From the NCBI RefSeq assembly GCF_018977255.1, contig NW_024704747.1:806001-870000 (forward strand): 64,000 nucleotides of DNA, given 5' to 3'. The notes beneath the pieces were generated by a model. That model ran no database searches. It had not been told where the DNA came from and saw nothing but the letters and a program-made list of their open reading frames with translations. The position numbers and the translations under genes are program-made. This DNA comes from Callorhinchus milii. Taxonomy: Eukaryota. Positions 1 to 13,300 of this stretch are shown in pieces. Positions within the stretch are counted from its first letter, which is position 1. Each line of letters begins with the position of its first letter.

Positions 1-608
1 AAGAAACTTTCCCTTTGCTTTGAGTAGTCACGAGACCTTTAACATCCGCTTGAACAGGCCGACGGGGGGACAGGAGCTCGGTTTAACATCTCATCCGAAG
101 GGCAGTAGCTCCGACAACGCAACACCCGCCCTGCTTCTGCTACCTAATTCTGCAGAGCATTAGGCGCAAGTTGGCGAGGGCCAAAGCTTGGGAGAGGCCA
201 GAGTGTGCGTTGGGGTAATGCTGGAGTCTAACTAGCTAAAACCACACAGCTTGCCATTGAGAGCGCTGTCTGGACAGCTTCCCGTATCTTCCCCTTTTTA
301 AACGATTGTATTGATCCAGCCTCAATGGCCACTTTACCTTGATCCCCCCCCTCCCACCCCCCCCTCCAGAGTCTTAAAGACCTTGATCGTATCTCCTCTC
401 AACCTCCTCCGTTCCAGTGGAAAAGCCAACGTTATGAAATCGAAACAGTTATGAAACGTAGCATTTTCCTATCTATTCCTAAAGAGCCCCCCGGGGATGC
501 GACCCCCTCCCCCCCCCCCCGACACTCTAATTCATGAGCCGTGTATCAAATCCTCTCCGAGCAGAGAGCACATTATCTATTATTCATTTTTTGCCTCATG
601 GTCCATAC

Positions 609-774
609 CGTTTTGTAAGATTAACCCGCCGGCGTTGAGCAGACTAATGTTCTGAACGCATCTTCTGAAGCTTCCCTCCCACACAACAGAGGAGAGTTGG
701 AATCGCTAACCACGGGATGGGATAAGAGAGTCAGTGTTCAGTCTGTTGTGAAGGTTGCGGGGGAGTGAAGCAGG
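609..774 (-). other. Candidate non-coding 5'UTR exon of the leftward gene (SMARCAL1 by synteny)
   Basis: Minus-strand acceptor ttttctctcttttcgcacAG at 775-776 and donor CG|GTATGG at 607-608. No useful ORF. Confidence 0.35.
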
Positions 775-840
775 CTGTGCGAAAAGAGAGAAAACCCAAC
801 AACGAAACAAAGAACTTCCATCTTCATAGGACCTCATCAC

Positions 841-1140
841 GTCAGATTGTCTCAAAGTGCTTCACAGCAATTATTGGCAATGTAGGCTTTTTTTTTTTTG
901 GTAGCAGTCTCCTTGCAAAACAGCAAGATCCCGCAAACTGCCGTAAGGCAAAGCACGGATAATCTGGAAGATTGTTGACCAGAACACCCAGGGGAAACCT
1001 CGTCCTCTTCAAATCATGTCGTGGGATCTTCCCCAACCACCTGAGCAGGCAGAAGGCACTGCGGTTTAAAATCCCAGCCAAGGTACTTTGGCTGCCGCGA
1101 TGGCTCAACAGGGACAATCTCTCACAGAATCAGTGCACTG
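841..1140 (-). mobile_element. Older DeuSINE-like element (further copies ~1-140, 7230-7600, 13620-13890, 51790-52090, 58920-59155)
   Basis: ACAGCAAGATCCC, GTGGGATCTT and CGGTTTAACATCTCATCCGAA motifs recalled from AmnSINE/SacSINE-type elements. Confidence 0.6.
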
Positions 1141-1188
1141 TGCAATTGACTACTCTCTTTCCCCGGAGACTCTACCTGGCAAAAGGGG

Positions 1189-1531
1189 GGAGTCCTGTTG
1201 CGTTGTGGTTAGAGCACTCGCCTCGCAAGTGAGAGGACCCGCGTTTGATTGCCGGGCAGGGCGAAATCTTTGGCAGGTTTCTTTACTCCACACGCCACTG
1301 TTTACCTCGCAGTAAGCAGGAACCCGGTTATTAAAATCCCTTAAAAACATAATAATTTGGTCACTCAATCCACGATTGTTTGTGGGACACACTGCTGTGT
1401 GCAATTGGCTGCCGTATTTCACGTACAAAATACACAGTTGATTCACTTTGCAGTCTATTCTGTGAAGCCCTCTGAGACGTCTCGAAGAAGTGATAAGGCG
1501 CTGTATCAAATGCAAGGATTATTATTATTAT
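1189..1531 (+). mobile_element. tRNA-derived SINE, full length (main family)
   Basis: tRNA-like head with A/B boxes, Deu-like core TTTGTGGGAC..CTGCTGTGYGCAATTGGCTGCC, tail GATAAGGCGCT.TATCAAATGCAAGG(ATT)n. Confidence 0.85.
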
Positions 1532-1917
1532 AATAAACGCCTTAAATCACTAGCAAACCTCTCCCGCAAGCTTGGCCTCCCCTTTATGCAGGGTTGTAGG
1601 CGGCCTGCAATAGCTGTGGAAAAGCAGCACAGCAGGACAGCGCTGCCAGATGGTGCTGAATCTCACCCCATTGCTAACACAAGCTAGTATGTCCCTCTTC
1701 ATCAATCACGTTACCGCTCTCTGTCTTTCATCCCCCCCCTCCTCCCGCTCATAATTTCCTTAGGATTGCTTTCCAGAAAGCAACCTTTTGTAAGCAACAA
1801 CTTGCGTCCTTCACGCAGGTTAGTGTGAACTGCAGAAGGGAGTTTCTCGCAGCGTTGCGCCCCACAACCCTCCAGATAAATTGGTCATTCACTTCACGCC
1901 AATGGAACTTCCATATT

Positions 1918-2270
1918 GGAGCGGTTAGAGCCCTCTCCTCGCAAGTGAGAGGATCCGGTATTTGATTCCCAGGCGGGGTGAAACCTTAGGCAAGTTTCCT
2001 TACTCCTTATGCTTCTGCTTAACCGAACAGTTAGTAGGAACCCAGTGGTTAGTCGATTAGCGGATCACTTTCCGGGGATAATAATCCCTCAAAGAAAAAT
2101 GTGGTCACTCAATCCATGATTGTTAGTCGGACACTGCTGTGAGCAATTGGCTGCCATGTTTCACTTACAAAATACGCAGTCAATCCATTTCACCATATAT
2201 TCTGTGAAGTGTTGTGAGACATCTCAACAATGTGAAGGTGTATCGAATGTAAGGATCAATATATTATTAG
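1918..2270 (+). mobile_element. tRNA-derived SINE
   Basis: Same head, core and tail as 1189-1531. Confidence 0.8.
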
Positions 2271-2694
2271 TAGTAGCAGCAACTAATTGTAAATGTTTAA
2301 AAACCTGCTGTTAATCCTCCCTTACAATCAGCAACTACAGAACCAACGTACTACGTGCTTGCTATAACCAAAAGGAACAGAGTAAAGACCCCCTTAAAGT
2401 TCAGCATGCAATTTAAGAAACACACGAGAGATACTGATGTGATTTGAAGGCTAAAATCTAATCTCGGTTTCTCTGACCGGAATTAGAAACCACTTGAGCC
2501 TTGGCATCAGCCTTGGGTCGTGCGAATCCTTGGAGCAAATTACTTGTGAAATGAAATTAATTTGCCGAGTGATGACTCCCAGGTAGCTCTCGACATCACA
2601 ACCATTTTGCAAAGAGACAGCTCGGATCTAGATTTGTGAAATTCTTTGCCACTGAGTAAAGTTTTCGGAGTATGCAAGATCGCACACAATGTTT

Positions 2695-3025
2695 AATAAT
2701 AATAATCCTTGCATTTGAGAAAGCGCCTTATCATGGCTTCAAGATGTCTCAAAGCGCTTCACAGGATCTACTGTAAAGTGTATTTTGTGGGCGAAACGTG
2801 GCAACCAATTGCACACAGCAGTATCCCACAAAGTCATGGATTGACTGACCAAATTATTATCATCTTTGAACGGATTATTACCCCCGGAAAAGCGATCTGC
2901 CAATCGACTAACAACCTACTTAGTGCTGGGTGAGCAGAGGCGTGTGGAGTAGGGAACTTGCCCAACGTTTCTCCCTGCCGGGAATCAAACCCAGGTCCGC
3001 TCCAACCACTGAGCTACAGGACTCC
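2695..3025 (-). mobile_element. tRNA-derived SINE
   Basis: Reverse-complement copy with a partial head deletion. Confidence 0.8.
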
Positions 3026-3384
3026 ACTTTCACGGATTTCCACAAGACTTCACGACCCAGTGCTCATCCTCCGCACCATTATGCTTCATTACCCAAAGGG
3101 CCTTTCAGACATCCGAATTTTTAATTACATTTTAATATATATATTAAAATGTAATTATTCAGCCGAGCAAGACTCACAGAGCTAGGAGGTTGAGTCTAGC
3201 TTTGTGACAGACAGAAAGTTAATGGGTCACATTTACAAGCCAGCTGCTGGGAATGAGGACAAAACCTCACCATTAACAAACACAACAGAAAACCTTCGAA
3301 ACATTAGATCCCGTAACCATGATTCCATCCAGAATACCTCTGTGAAACCCCATTTATATTCCCTGCAAGCTAGAATAATAAAAA

Positions 3385-3595
3385 AAACTAATCCTGGCAT
3401 TTGATACAGCGCTTTCTCGCGTCTTTGAGACGTCTCAAAGCGCTTCACAGGATATTGTGTAAAGTGAAGTGACTATATTTTGTGGGCGAAACACAGCAGC
3501 CAATGGTGCACAGCAGCGTCACCCGCAAACACTCGTGGACCGGGCGCCCAAATTTTTTTTCAAAGGATTATTCCAGGAAAAGCGATGCGCCAGTC
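3385..3595 (-). mobile_element. tRNA-derived SINE, 3' half
   Basis: Core and tail in reverse orientation. Confidence 0.7.
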
Positions 3596-3700
3596 AACTT
3601 AAAAATAATAACGGGCGTTAATCTGGCTATCGGTCATTGCTCTCACCTCAGGGTGAGAAGCTGTGGGTGAAGATCTCACATCTAGATTCAATCGAATAGT

Positions 3701-3810
3701 CCCGTGCCGTCCCGTGCCGTCCCGAGCCGTCCCGTGCCGTCCCGTGCCGTCCCGTGCAGTCCCGTGCCGTCCCGTGCCGTCCCGTGCCGTCCCGTGCCGT
3801 CCCGTGCCGT
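3701..3810 (+). repeat. (CCCGTGCCGT)x11 minisatellite
   Basis: Direct 10-bp tandem repeat with two substitutions. Confidence 0.95.
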
Positions 3811-4385
3811 GTCGGGGGAGATGTCACCCTTCAGGTGAGATGGTTGATGGCTGATCGTTCGAAGATCCCACCACACGAATGGAAAAAGAGACGGTGGTTT
3901 CTCCGGCGGTCCCGGCTGGCGATCAATCCTTCAGGTTAATCGACCATTTCAGCTTCCGGCCATTTGTGGGATAAACTGCCGCCGAGGCTGAAAATTTTTT
4001 TGGGGTGGGGGGTAAAAAAAATCCCTGTCAACAAGTTAACAGTAATTACTGTGAAGCGCTCCGGGATGAGTTATAGAAAGACGAGTCTCTGTTTTTCCCC
4101 CTAAGCCCCGAACCTTTGGAACGTTCTCCCCTCAATCCCCATTTTCAGATTAGGCCTCAAGACCATCCTCGGTGACCGCACTCACGGTCCCCCTCCCCCT
4201 CCCCCCCCTCTACGCTACTCTCTCCCGTTCCCCTGCACTCCCCCCCCCACCCCCCGACCCCCCCCACCCCCGACCCCCCGACCCCCCCACCCCCCGACCC
4301 CCCGACCGCTTTATAATCAACTCTTCGAAACATTCATCCAAATCCCTTTCAAATGTCTTTTTAAGTGACCGCTCCCACACTCCCT

Positions 4386-4689
4386 CAATACCCTGACCCC
4401 CCCCTCCCCTGAGAAATGGGGCAATACCCTGACCCCCTCCCCTGAGAAATGGGCAATACCCTGACCCCCTCCCCTGAGCAAATGGGGCAATACCCTGATC
4501 CCCTCCCCTGAGAAATGGGGCAATACCCTGACCCCTCCCCTGAGCAAATGGGGCAATACCCTGACCCCCTACCCTGAGAAATGGGGCAATACCTTGACCC
4601 CCTCCCCTGAGAAATGGGGTAATTGCCTGACCCCCTCCCCTCAGTGAAGGGGCAATACCCTGACCCCCCCTCCCCTCAGGACTGGGGCA
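4386..4689 (+). repeat. ~33-bp minisatellite, about 9 copies
   Basis: Unit CAATACCCTGACCCCCTCCCCTGAGAAATGGGG. Confidence 0.92.
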
Positions 4690-4890
4690 CTCCCCGCGCG
4701 CACTCCCTCACCTGCTGTCTAACCGCCGTGCGCTCTAAGCGCCCACTTCCTCCAGCTTCCGGAAGTCCCGCCCTTTCCCCGCGCTGACTGACAACCGACT
4801 TCAGCCAATCGCCGGCCCCAGAGCGCTCCTTCGCAGCCGCCGATCTCTGGTCACGTGACGGGAGAAAGCCCTGAGCCGTTAATTAAAGGG
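4690..4890 (-). promoter_or_regulatory. CpG-rich promoter and first non-coding exon of a leftward-transcribed gene (probably SMARCAL1)
   Basis: Palindromic ETS site CTTCCGGAAG 4756-4765, GC box, CCAAT 4805-4809, E-box GTCACGTGAC 4850-4859. Minus-strand donor CAG|GTGAG at ~4711. SMARCAL1 is head-to-head with MARCHF4 in mammals; no coding sequence is in the window. Confidence 0.55.
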
Positions 4891-4892
4891 AC

Positions 4893-5103
4893 NNNNNNNN
4901 NNNNNNNNNNNNNNNNNNNNNNNNNNNNNNNNNNNNNNNNNNNNNNNNNNNNNNNNNNNNNNNNNNNNNNNNNNNNNNNNNNNNNNNNNNNNNNNNNNNN
5001 NNNNNNNNNNNNNNNNNNNNNNNNNNNNNNNNNNNNNNNNNNNNNNNNNNNNNNNNNNNNNNNNNNNNNNNNNNNNNNNNNNNNNNNNNNNNNNNNNNNN
5101 NNN
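4893..5103. other. Assembly gap
   Basis: Run of N. Confidence 1.
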
Positions 5104-5632
5104 ACCATCACCACAACAACAACAACAACCACCACCACAGCCACCATCACCACTACCACAACAACAACCACCACAGCCACCATCACCACTGCCACTACCA
5201 CAACAACAACAACCACTACAACAACCACCACAACAACAACAACCACCACCACAACCACCACAACAACCACCACCACAGCAACAACAACAACCACCACCAC
5301 CACAACAACAACAACCACCACCACAACCACCATCACCACAACACAACAACAACAACAACCACCACAACCACCGCAACAACAACCACTACCACAGCAACAA
5401 CAACCACAACAACAACAACAACCACCACAACAACAACAACCACCACCACAACAACCACCGCAACAACAACCACTACCACAACAACAACAACCACAACAAC
5501 AACCACCACCACAACAACAACAACCACCACCACCACAACCACCGCAACAATAACCACTACCACAACAACCACAACAACAACAACCACCACAACAACAACC
5601 ACCACAACAACAACAACCACCACCACCACCTC
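5104..5632 (+). repeat. (ACA/ACC)n compound microsatellite
   Basis: Over 500 bp of CAA/CAC triplets running into an L2-type tail at ~5630-5690. Confidence 0.95.
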
Positions 5633-6900
5633 AACTTGCATTTATATCGCGCCCCTCACCCAGGGTAGCGTCCCAGAGCACTTGGACAACAGCACTGCTT
5701 AAACCTGACATTAACATCTCAAGTAACTTCACAGGGGAATCGCCGTCAAGTGCGGTGACTGCTGCTTGGCGGGCGAAACGCGTCGACAACAATATACTCA
5801 AAAAGGAAGGCTTCAGTCACCTCGGTAAGGCGATTTCTCGCTGAAAGGCACCTTGCTCCGAGTCATTGCGTCGGGAGAGAGACATTTGTGAGTAACGCAG
5901 AGTTATTGGGGTTCTGTGGAGCCAAAGATTTTAGGAAAGACAGAGTCAGACAGGTACGCAAATTAAGTTCAATATTGATTTTTTTTAAAAAATTCCTCCT
6001 GTGGGAGCAAAAACAAATTCTTCTCAGGTAATTACCTTCAACTGAGAGCCTAAAATCTAAATTTGGGGCTTGAACCCTCCCCTACTGACTTGGTCAGAAT
6101 CGGTATCTAAACTAGGAATGCCAGGGGAGCTTTATTCTGTCTATAACCCAAGCTGTCACTGTCCTGGGAGTGTGGACGCACAGTGTAGAGGGAGCTTTAC
6201 ATCGTCTCCAACCGGTTCGGGAAGAGGCCAGCCTCGGTGTTGTTGACCGTAAATTGGGAGAACGTTAATATTCATACTGGGGCCTGATATCTGATAGGCA
6301 GTGTATCAGATCAATTGCAACCATGTGGTTTATGAGGTGTTCAGAGGTGACTTCATAGCACTACTCAAGGCCCTCCTTTTTGACGGTGCCTTCAGCCACT
6401 CTCCTACTTCTCTGTCTTTCTTCATCCCAATCCTGCCCTCCCCCCCCACACACTCGGGTCCTGATCCCCGACTGTTCAGTGCTTTGGGACCTCCCGACAT
6501 GAAAAGTGCTTTACTAATGTAATTTTGTTGTGGTTGTTATGACACTGCTTTGTGTCAACATGGTTTCTGTGCCTGGACTGACATCTCATCAGCCGCTCAT
6601 CCCCATCTCTCTCCCTGTTGTAATGAGATGATTATCACGGAGGAGGGGGGAAATCAACCTCTGCCTCTCGCACAACGCCCACAAGCCAATAATAATAAAA
6701 GTAATCATGTTTCCATTCGGTGCTGCCTTATCTCGCTGAAATGCCTCCAAGCTCTTTGCCCAGTGAGTCACCATGAGAAACAAACTGACATTGAAGCTGT
6801 GTCGGTCTGATTCGTGGCTTGAATTTCATATAAGTTCTTAGCCTCAAGCCCATCGTCATCTTATCCCAGTCAGTCACACTCTCTCCTCTTAGTCAAAAGT

Positions 6901-7228
6901 GGAGTCCGGTAGTATAGTGGTTAGAGCACTTGCCTCACAAGCGAGCAGACCCAGGTTCGATTCCTGGGCAGGGTGAAACAGTAAGTAGGAACCCGCTTGT
7001 TAGTCGATTGGCGGTTCGCTTTCCAAGGGTAATAAGCCCCTCAAGATAAAAATTGTTGACTCACTCCATGACTGTTTGTGGTTCACTGCTGTGCGCAATT
7101 GACTGCCAAGTTTCAGCCAAAAAATATACAGCCAGTACATTTTATAGTATATTCTTGAAGCACTTTTAGGCGACTCATCGACCTGATAAGGCACTAATAA
7201 AATGCAAGGATTATTTTATTATTATTAT
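6901..7228 (+). mobile_element. tRNA-derived SINE
   Basis: GGAGTCCGGTAGTATAGTGGTTAGAGCAC head through (ATT)n tail. Confidence 0.8.
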
Positions 7229-8094
7229 AAAAGGTTGCAGGTTTGAGCCCCTAAATCAGGGTCTTTGATCTCACAGTCCTGGTTGAGACTCCAACACACA
7301 CAATAATGGAAGGAGCGCTGCATTGTAGGAGGTGTCATTTTTCAGATGAGTCGTTAAACTAAGGTCCAACCTGCCAGTTCTTCGGATGGACGTTAAAGCT
7401 CCCAACACTGCTGGAAAAGATAAAGGTGCTTCTTCTGGTGTGCTGGCCAACAATCCTCCAGATTAATTAATTTTCCCTGTATGAAATAAATCCAAATTGT
7501 TATTGTTCTCATTCTACATATCTCCGTATACAAAATGCCTGCCATATTTGTCCAGAAGAGTCACTACTCTGGACAGTACTGTGAAGCACTCTGGTGATAA
7601 AATATCTGTTTCTCTGTATTTACACAGAGCACGGTAGGAATGAGGAATTCTCTGCCACAAACTATAGGCAATTAGATACTGCGGAAACTTGAAGAGGAGG
7701 AATATTAAAGGTTATGGGAAGCACAGAGAGGGAATAGATTGGCTGAGGTGGAAAAAAACAACACCAGTAGTGTTGGTGGGGCTGACACATGAGATGAATA
7801 GATACTTGGAAGTAAGGCGTTTAAGAGATATGGATAATACAATGCATTACAATTTACATGTATACAGTATAGCCCCTTGCATATTGGGAGGGTGGAGGTG
7901 AAGAGGGTGTTGAGGTGGGAGCAGATGGCCGAAGGCAGTGCCAGAGGAAATGGGATGATAAGATCTGACATGATGTAATAAACTGAAGGAAAAGTCTCAA
8001 ACGGCTGATTGGCCTCCTCCTGTTCTTTACATTGCTATGTTCCTGTGAGCAACCAGTGATATGGAAACAAATATTTTTTCAAGTAATAAAAAAT

Positions 8095-8267
8095 GTTGTC
8101 ATTCAATCCATGACTATTTGTGGGACACTACTGTGTGCAATTGGCTGCCGGGTTTCGCCCACAAATAATACAGTCAATTCACTTTACAGAATATTCCGTG
8201 AAGCACTTTGAGATCTCATGATAAGGCGCTATATCAAATGCAAGGATTATTATTATTATTATTATTA
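8095..8267 (+). mobile_element. SINE 3' half
   Basis: Core plus (ATT)n tail. Confidence 0.75.
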
Positions 8268-9117
8268 TCCGTAGACCCACAGAAAATGTGCACACGAGTT
8301 CCATTCAGCATGGTGTCTTTACTGGCTCCGAGGCAGGACAAAGGGAAGGGAAACATTGCAGGGAAACAACGGCAGGACAGGGTTGTAAGAAGATAGATAG
8401 AGTGTGGGGGTAATAATCCATTTGAAGACTGATAATGTTAATGGAACAAACAGCTTAAAGGCAAGGTGGGGAGGGTGGGGTGGGGTGGCATTGCTTCCAT
8501 GCGGGGCGCGTGGATCCAGAGAGATAACTGCTGTAGGGGATGGGGAAAAAAATCTCTATTTTTGACGAGGAGAGAGAGCAGAGGATGACATGTATTGTAA
8601 CGGTGGAGGCTGGAAGGAAGGAAGGACGGAAGGAAGGAAGGAACCAAGGAAGCAAGGAAGCAAGCGTGGGGGAGGTGGGTGTGAGGTGGGTTTGCTGGTT
8701 GGCACACACTGGCAGGGCAGTGAGGAGGGGGCAGGGGAGCTGTCCCGGCTCTGGTGCTGAATATAACCTCTGCAGGAACTGCTGGCGATTGCAGTACATA
8801 CTGTATGTTTTATTTAACATGTAGACCCCGGAAGGAGAATATACAAGTCCCCAGGTTGAACTATATTGAAGGGGAGGGGTGGTGGGGGGGGGGGGTTGTT
8901 ATCTGATCTGCTGAGCTTGGAGGGAGAGGGAGCGAGAGAGGAGGAAAAAAAATAGATTTACTCTTATTATATTGATAATTATTATTATTATTTTTATTTT
9001 AAGAGGGGAAAGAAAGCAAAGGCAGCTCTGGGAAAAGGCACTGCCAAAGGCTAGGATGGGGAGGAGAGATGAGAGGGTGGGGAAATTGACTGGATAGCAA
9101 GTGATGTGAGTGTGTGT

Positions 9118-9381
9118 NNNNNNNNNNNNNNNNNNNNNNNNNNNNNNNNNNNNNNNNNNNNNNNNNNNNNNNNNNNNNNNNNNNNNNNNNNNNNNNNNNN
9201 NNNNNNNNNNNNNNNNNNNNNNNNNNNNNNNNNNNNNNNNNNNNNNNNNNNNNNNNNNNNNNNNNNNNNNNNNNNNNNNNNNNNNNNNNNNNNNNNNNNN
9301 NNNNNNNNNNNNNNNNNNNNNNNNNNNNNNNNNNNNNNNNNNNNNNNNNNNNNNNNNNNNNNNNNNNNNNNNNNNNNNNNN
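9118..9381. other. Assembly gap
   Basis: Run of N flanked by (GT)n. Confidence 1.
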
Positions 9382-10329
9382 GTGTTTTTTTTCCCCTTCA
9401 GTGTGTGTTTTTTTCTCTGTATTTTTTATTTCACTATGCAATCGGGGCAGAGGGGCGAGAGAACGACACGGATGGGAAGGGAAGGAATGAGAGGCTCCAA
9501 ACCAGGAATCCAAACACAACTGCTCGTCTGACACCCAATCCATCGGCACAGGAGAAGCGGTTTGAGAACGATCCCATCGTTATTCTCCTGACCATCGATT
9601 CACATCTCTCTGTGTGTGTGTGTGTGTGTGTCTGTGGGTCTGTTATTTCGAGCTCCATCTGCAACGTTAGAGGAAAAAACAGCCTCCGCTCTGGACACTG
9701 AGGTTGACCAGCAATGGTGAAAGCCACCAGAGGAGATCGATATTTCCCAGGATCGATTATCGATGAGATGTAATCGGGAATCGAGTGATTAGAAGCCCCA
9801 GATTGACTCTCCCTCTCACCCCTCTCCCTCAACACATACACCACACACTCTCCCGATTTGGTACTGCCGTTGATTTCCATCTGTTTGTGGCCTCGGATTG
9901 GGAGATTGGTGGAGAGAGAGAGAGAGAGAGAAAGGGGGAAACGAGAAGAAAATGGGAACACAACAACACAACTGAAGAGTTCTCAGTCAAGATCTTTGCA
10001 AACCTGGCAGATCAATAACCCACACCGATCACCATCTGCGGAAGAAATTGTGAGTGAAGGGAATCAGTCTATCATCACGGCCACTTGTGTGTGTGTTTGG
10101 GTCTCATTCCTGGGAAGGGAGAGACAAAAAAACTGGATTTTCATCCCAAATCTCAGTCCCAGTTGACCCCCTCCTCTCCTTTTTATGCTGAATTTGGTCC
10201 TGAATTTCTGAAGGATCCCTGGAAAAAAAAACAAGACTCTGGGTTTTTTTTTTACCCGTCTCTCTGTGTCAGCTTTTCTATGTGTTAGTTAGTGTGTGAG
10301 TGTGTGCAATTGTTCAGTCACACACACAG

Positions 10330-13300
10330 ATGTTGCGCCATCAACGTCTGGTTAAGTGCCGCTGCCATAGGCTGTACAATGACTTGAAGCTGTTGCTATT
10401 CCCGAGACCACCTCCCCCTCCATCACCTCCTCCGACACCTCCTCCCCCTCCTCCCCGTGGAATGAATTACGACCAAATCGCTCTACCGATCAGGAATGGG
10501 TTCCCAACCACCAACACCACCAACAACAACACTCTGCCAACCAATGGCAAAGGGAACAAGCAACAGCCACCCAGTCAGGCCCCCGAGCAGGAGCCCAGTG
10601 TCCAGGAGCAGCCCCTGACTCTGGTGAGCACCTCCTCAGAAGACTACTACCACAGAAAAGGAGAAGACAGACTCTCTCTCACCAGTAGCCTGGACAGTGG
10701 CTGCAGGTCTCCCCAGTGTCGCATCTGCTTCCAAGGCCCTGAGCAGGTGGGTGATTGATTCCAGGTTGGTCCCAGGTCTGGTCATCCCTCGTGCCCTCAG
10801 TTCCACCATCGGTGGATGCGCTACATTCTGAAACTTTGGAACACTTCTCCTCTATCCCTCTGCCTTACCCCCTTCCTTCCTCATCTTCAGATCACACCTG
10901 AAGACCTTCCTCTTCGACTGTGCCTACGGTCACCTCCGCCCCCCCCCCCCCCCACCGCTCGGTGAAATGCTCCTCCACTGTCAAGTGTTCTGGGATGGTA
11001 CCCTGTGTGAGGGGCAGTTGTTGTTGGTCTGGTGCTCTCTATCTAATTCCTTATAGGTGGTTCTTAATAGTCTACCTACTGGCTTGGTAGTAAAGACTAG
11101 TGCAACCACCTTTTGAGAGAGAAAGAATGGTTCTGTGTTAGTTACAGCACAGAAAGAGGCCATTCAGCCCATCAACAACAACAACAAGATTCCATTTATA
11201 AAGCGCCTTTCACGTCAGGAGGACGTCCCAACTGTTCATATGTAGCTAAGAGTATTGGGATAGAGCATAAAGCTCCCACTACACTTTCCTATCCAGCTGC
11301 TCGCTCCCACTGGAGCTCTCTAAGCCATTCCCTGCTCTTTCCCCTTTGTTTCTGTGAAAGTGGATGTTAAAGATTCCTCGATTCTATAAGGAAAGTGAAG
11401 GGAGTTTCTGGCCTGGTTAACAATCCTCCAGATAAAGTCTTTCACCTCATACCTGGGACAATTAGCTGATGCGGTTGTTTACAAAAACAGTCACTACACC
11501 TCACAGTAATTAACTGAAGTGTTTAGATGTGATAAGGTGCTCTCGTTCTCGCTTCCTAAATACTGTGCATCATTTTTATTAAAATGCAAGGATTATCATT
11601 ATTATCATGAGATAATTGTCTTTGTGTCTGGGACTGGCAGATGGAGGATGTTCACTGTGGCTGGCGCAGGCCTTGGATGTCTGGTGATGATGTGAGACTG
11701 TGCTCTGGTGTTCGATTGTCTTTGGGGTTTATGTGAAGCTCTGGTCTATGGACTATGGTATACTGTTCTGGACGAGTGTACAGTTCCATATTTCCATCTG
11801 AGGCTGGCAGGCAACCAACTGATTGTCCCTACCTCCTTCCCCTGAGTGCGATGTGTGCAGGTCTGGCCAGGCCATACCTGGGGTACTGTGGGCTGTGCTC
11901 TGGTCAGCATGCACTTGGTTTGCACAGTATAATAGCCACTCAGCTGCTAGATGTAGTACAGGGAACAACAAGGCTACTGCCCGGAGGGATGAGCTGTGAG
12001 AACCTTGAAAGATATTGTCTCAGAGAGAATTTTATAAACGTAACCCAGAACTTTCCTATACACCAAGGCTGTGGAGCAAGAGGTCACAGGTTCAGGGTTA
12101 TCAAGGGTAATTTCAGGACAGTCACCAAAATGTAATCCCTTAAAACGAAATTTGGTCACTCAATCCACGACTGTTTGTTGAACACTGCTGTACACAACTG
12201 GTTGGCACGTTTCGCCCATATAATATGCAGTCAATTCACTTCACAGTAAATTCTGTGAAGCGCTTTGAGACTCTGGAAGACGTGATAAGGTGCTATATCA
12301 AATGCAAGGATTATTATTATTATTAATTAACTTTTTTTAAAGACATGCTAAAAGGTGGAACCTGGTTTGGCTCAGTTCCACACTAGACCAACTGAGCCAC
12401 TGCGGAATTCTAGGGAGTGAAGAGTTTCTGTTTATTTTTACTCCGCTACTTAGAGTGTGTAATTTACCTCTTCCTACACTGCCTTTTTTTATTTTTACAG
12501 CGTAAATAAATATTCCACTATTAATGTTTTCATTTCGGTATCAAGTGGTTTCACAATAAAATATTCACCACTTCACACCTCCACAGTCTGCAGGCACACA
12601 CCCCGACCCTCGCAGGGTCTAACCCCATCAGAGCCTGCACATGCCTGAAGCTGTGCGGTTGGTGTCAGGCTGTCACCAGGACAACAGACATCCCAGAATT
12701 TGCTGTCCTTTGGACAATTGCTATGTCTCAGGCCTCAAATTCTACATTTATCGGTCTTTGTCGGTTGTGGTACCGTAGAAATCTGTAGTGCAGTGATTAG
12801 AGCACTCACCTCACAAGTGAGAGGACCCAGGTTCGATTCCTGGACGGGGTAAAACCTTAGGCAAGATTCTTTATTCCACACACCGCTGCTTCCCCAGCAG
12901 TACGTAGGAACCTGGTTGTTAAGTCGATTGGCAGATCGCTTTCCGGGAGTAATAGTCCCTCAAAAAAAGCATTTGGTCACTCAATCCATGACAGTTTGTG
13001 GGACACTGCTGTGCGCAATGTTAGAAAGGCTGCTCGTGTCGCCCATAAAATACAGTCAATATACTTTATACAGTATATTCTGTGAAGGGCTTTGCAACAT
13101 CTCAAAGACGTGATAAGGCGCTATTATCAAATGCTAGACGCTGACAGAGTATAACTGTATAATAATTAAGATGTTGATACAAGCCACCAGTTGTTGTGAT
13201 GACTATTGCCAAGAGTGCTGGTGGCAGCCCCCTCCTCACACTCCTCCCACACCTAATACTGTTCACAACGGTTCACTTCATCAGTTGGCTAAAGTCTTAA

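Noticed and set aside
1638-1660. CTCF-like motif GCTGCCAGATGGTGCTG
   Set aside because: Single imperfect match with no independent support.
4851-5641. Poly-Thr/Gln/Val/Cys ORFs
   Set aside because: Translations of a microsatellite and an N gap.
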